From Macrostomum lignano (lineage: Eukaryota): DNA of 64,000 nucleotides. The stretch is taken from positions 124,001-188,000 of the forward strand of contig NIVC01000322.1 in NCBI GenBank assembly GCA_002269645.1, written 5' to 3'. Position 1 is the first letter of the stretch. Every line of letters begins with the position of its first letter. The notes under the pieces were generated by a model. It saw only the letters and a program-made list of their open reading frames with translations. It ran no database searches and had not been told where the DNA came from. A program made the position numbers and the translations under genes. This document shows, in pieces, positions 61,235 to 64,000 of this stretch.

Positions 61235-61676
61235 TCACTCCCTTCTAGATTAGTACCATTCCCACTTAGATTAGTACCATTCCCACTTAGATTAGCACCA
61301 CCCCGCCAAATAGTACCACTTCCACCCAGATTAGAAACCACTTCATAAGATTAGAAACCACTTCATAAGATTAGAAACCACTTCATAAGATTAGAAACCA
61401 CTTCATAAGATTAGAAACCACTTCATAAGATTAGAAACCACTTCATAAGATTAAGAAACCACTTCATAAGATTAGAAACCACTTCATAAGATTAGAAACC
61501 ACTTCATAAGATTAAGAAACCACTTCATAAGATTAGAAACCACTTCATAAGATTAAGAAACCACTTCATAAGATTAAGAAACCACTTCATAAGATTAAGA
61601 AACCACTTCATAAGATTAAGAAACCACTTCATAAGATTAAGAAACCACTTCATAAGATTTAGAAACCACTTCATGA
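61235..61676. repeat. Minisatellite GATTA(A)GAAACCACTTCATAA, 20-21-bp unit
   Basis: Direct tandem repetition, degenerate at the left end. Confidence 0.95.
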
Positions 61677-62480
61677 TACTCGTACTCTTTGCAAATCAAC
61701 CCTTAATCAACTAATGATTAGTATCGCTGTGTAGAAAAAAACGTTGCCCCAGAAATGTATCATTAAAAAAAAATTTTAAAACTCTCTATGAAGCTGACTT
61801 TCTGCTTAGTCTATATGCCTGTTAATGTCTGCCAAAAACGCGGCTATTGTGCCTATTGAATGATGGTCGAAAACGGATTTATATTATGACTTTTCATTTT
61901 ACGAGCGTGTAGGGGCAGCCAGCCGCGAGCAGTCAATTACCGGTAGAGTAGAATACGCCCCTGTGCTCAAATTTTGTTGCGCAACGTACAGTCTGCCATC
62001 ATCCCCCAAGCAGTCCGCAGTTATCTGACGCACCAGTTTGCAGCTATACGCTCATAAGTATGGAGAAACTACCTCAGCAGTTTTCAGTCTGTCCCCTGTG
62101 CAGTCTGCAATGATCCCTTCGACAATCTGCTGTTCCCCTCAGCAATCTGCAGTCATTCCATTTGCAATTAGCAACTGTTCCCTTAACAATTCTCATTTAT
62201 TCCCTCATCAGTCTGCAGTTCTCGTCTCGACCGGCTCCTCAGGCTCCTCAGCAAACTGCAATTTTCCTTTTAACAATCTAAAAATTTTTGGTACATACAG
62301 GCAGTGGGATCACTAATAATCCAAGCAGCTTTTTACAAATCAAATTTGTTTAGCGACTTGTGCTGAATAGACAAAAATAGTTCATTTTTTAGTTCATTAT
62401 TTAGTGTGCCTTGTTAGTTAAGCAAAAATGTTCCAAGTAGTCGATGCACAAGCTACAAAAAAATAAATTTAATTTTAACT

Positions 62481-62561
62481 GTCCGCTGTGAGGCAGACTT
62501 GAACCTGGGACCTTATATAGCCTAAACCTAGTCCTAGTGCCTACAGTGCGGCTACTCCGCC
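62481..62561 (-). other. tRNA-like segment (SINE head or tRNA relic)
   Basis: Reverse complement ggcggagtagccgcactg..cccaggttcaagtctgcc has A/B-box-like motifs; no convincing cloverleaf. Confidence 0.4.
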
Positions 62562-62839
62562 TATTGATCGGGGGGCAACAAAATCAGCCATATATTCTTC
62601 AGAACTGCAGTTAAATACATAGCAGTGAGAGGCTGCTCAGTGTGTACAGGTTGTGTGCAGGCGGAGGGAGCCGATGCACAGTTGAGTGAAATCTATAAAT
62701 AGCAATTTTCTATAGAGTCCGCCAGTCAGACAGCCAGGGTCAGAATGTGCACACGCAGCCACTGAGCATTTTCCTCTCCCTTGCACACAGCAGCAAGTAT
62801 TGGGGCCTAAACAGTGAAGAGGGAAAAGTTGTGGCGCAA

Positions 62840-63352
62840 TCATTTTTTAAATTGGAATTCAGCCAGTCAAGAATTCAACCTGGTTTGGTCTCCCATTAAA
62901 AGCATTGGGAAAACTCGTTTTTTAAATATTTAATACCTTTAGCATTAAAGAAGTTTTAAATGGCTTTTTACCAGATAATTACAAAAATGTTTGCGAAAAC
63001 GCCATCAAAATTGGTCAATCAGTTCAATCTCCAGAGCGTTACAGGAACACTCACACAAAGTCAGTTCGTGTAAAAGTCATACGAAGCAGCTATGACATAA
63101 TCAATTACTCAGGACTGTTTCACTTTGTTGTGATGCAATCTTTATCAGAATCAGAGTTTCAACCAGTCAGTTTTTTCTCTAGCATTCTCACAATGCATTT
63201 CAAGTCAAAAAGTCTGCTTGACCTTTGCAAAAAATCATGTTTTTCGAATATTTAATCCCCGTAGCATCGAGCAATTTCTTAGCCAAGACACATGTACCGT
63301 CACGGGAAAGTTTCTGATCGAATGGTGCAAGTTTGAAGAAAATCGGTCAAGG
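62840..63352 (+). mobile_element. Helentron/DINE-1-like 3' module, truncated
   Basis: gatgcaatctttatcagaa..ccagtcagttttttctctagcattc..tttctgatcgaatggtgcaagtttgaagaaaatcgg matches 16320-16540. Confidence 0.55.
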
Positions 63353-64000
63353 CAAGCGAACTCTGATATCTTCATGGACAAGCAAGCAATCAAGCAAATA
63401 AAGGTCTCTCTCGGCCTGGCTGTACAGCTGAAAACGGACACGGTATCCAAGCCACACTTTCCTTTGGCTTTCAGTGCAGCTGCTCTCCTTCCTCTCCCCG
63501 TCTCTTTCTCTTGTTTGAGCAGCTCTGAGCAATACACAATGCGGCTGAAAGTGTTACTCAGCCCTACAGGCAATGCCAACCACTCCACTGCCAGAGTGTA
63601 CATTGCTGCAATAGAGAGAGAGCTTTAATAGTATGGAATGAATGAATGCCCAGACGTCCGTCTTCAGTGTACACTGGGGCAAGATTATAAGTACATGTAC
63701 ATGTACAAGTCATTAGGCTGGTGAATCAGTTACACTACAAGCAGGTTGAAACTGGATTATTTTACCAACAGGATTTGGTGCACATTTAGTATTTTAGCTC
63801 GTAACTTAATTTGAATATTGAATATATCGTGCTTTTAAAAAAAGTTATTATTGCCAATAAACACCTAAGAATTACAAGTACATTGCAAGGCTTGCTTACA
63901 ACAAGGACTGCTCAAGTAGAAGGACGGAAAACTGCGTTTTTGGAAAAATTTAGGAGGCAGGTTTTACCGAAAAACCATTACGACAATACGGAGAATGGAG

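Overview
Eukaryotic (metazoan) genomic DNA, not prokaryotic. It has spliced exons with GT-AG introns, TTAGGG repeats and CORE-type SINEs. Sequence style suggests a free-living flatworm such as Macrostomum, but that is inference only. The window is a repeat-rich tandem cluster of nine copies of an intronless gene for a secreted ~247-aa protein: signal peptide, PAN/Apple-like domain, then an atypical C-type lectin domain. Three copies are intact, two are full-length with one lesion each, and four are fragments. The copies share a near-invariant central block but have patchwork, hypervariable N- and C-terminal segments, consistent with gene conversion. Around them are a ~12-14 kb segmental duplication, an inverted duplication, degraded Helitron helicase fragments, Helentron/DINE-1-like elements carrying 23-bp satellites, a foldback-type element, a CMC/EnSpm-like element, a gypsy integrase remnant, a solo LTR, SINEs and LINE remnants. 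The left end holds three phase-consistent exons of a divergent PIG-W/GWT1-like gene whose introns are filled with satellite DNA. Repeat boundaries without an explicit target-site duplication (TSD) are approximate.
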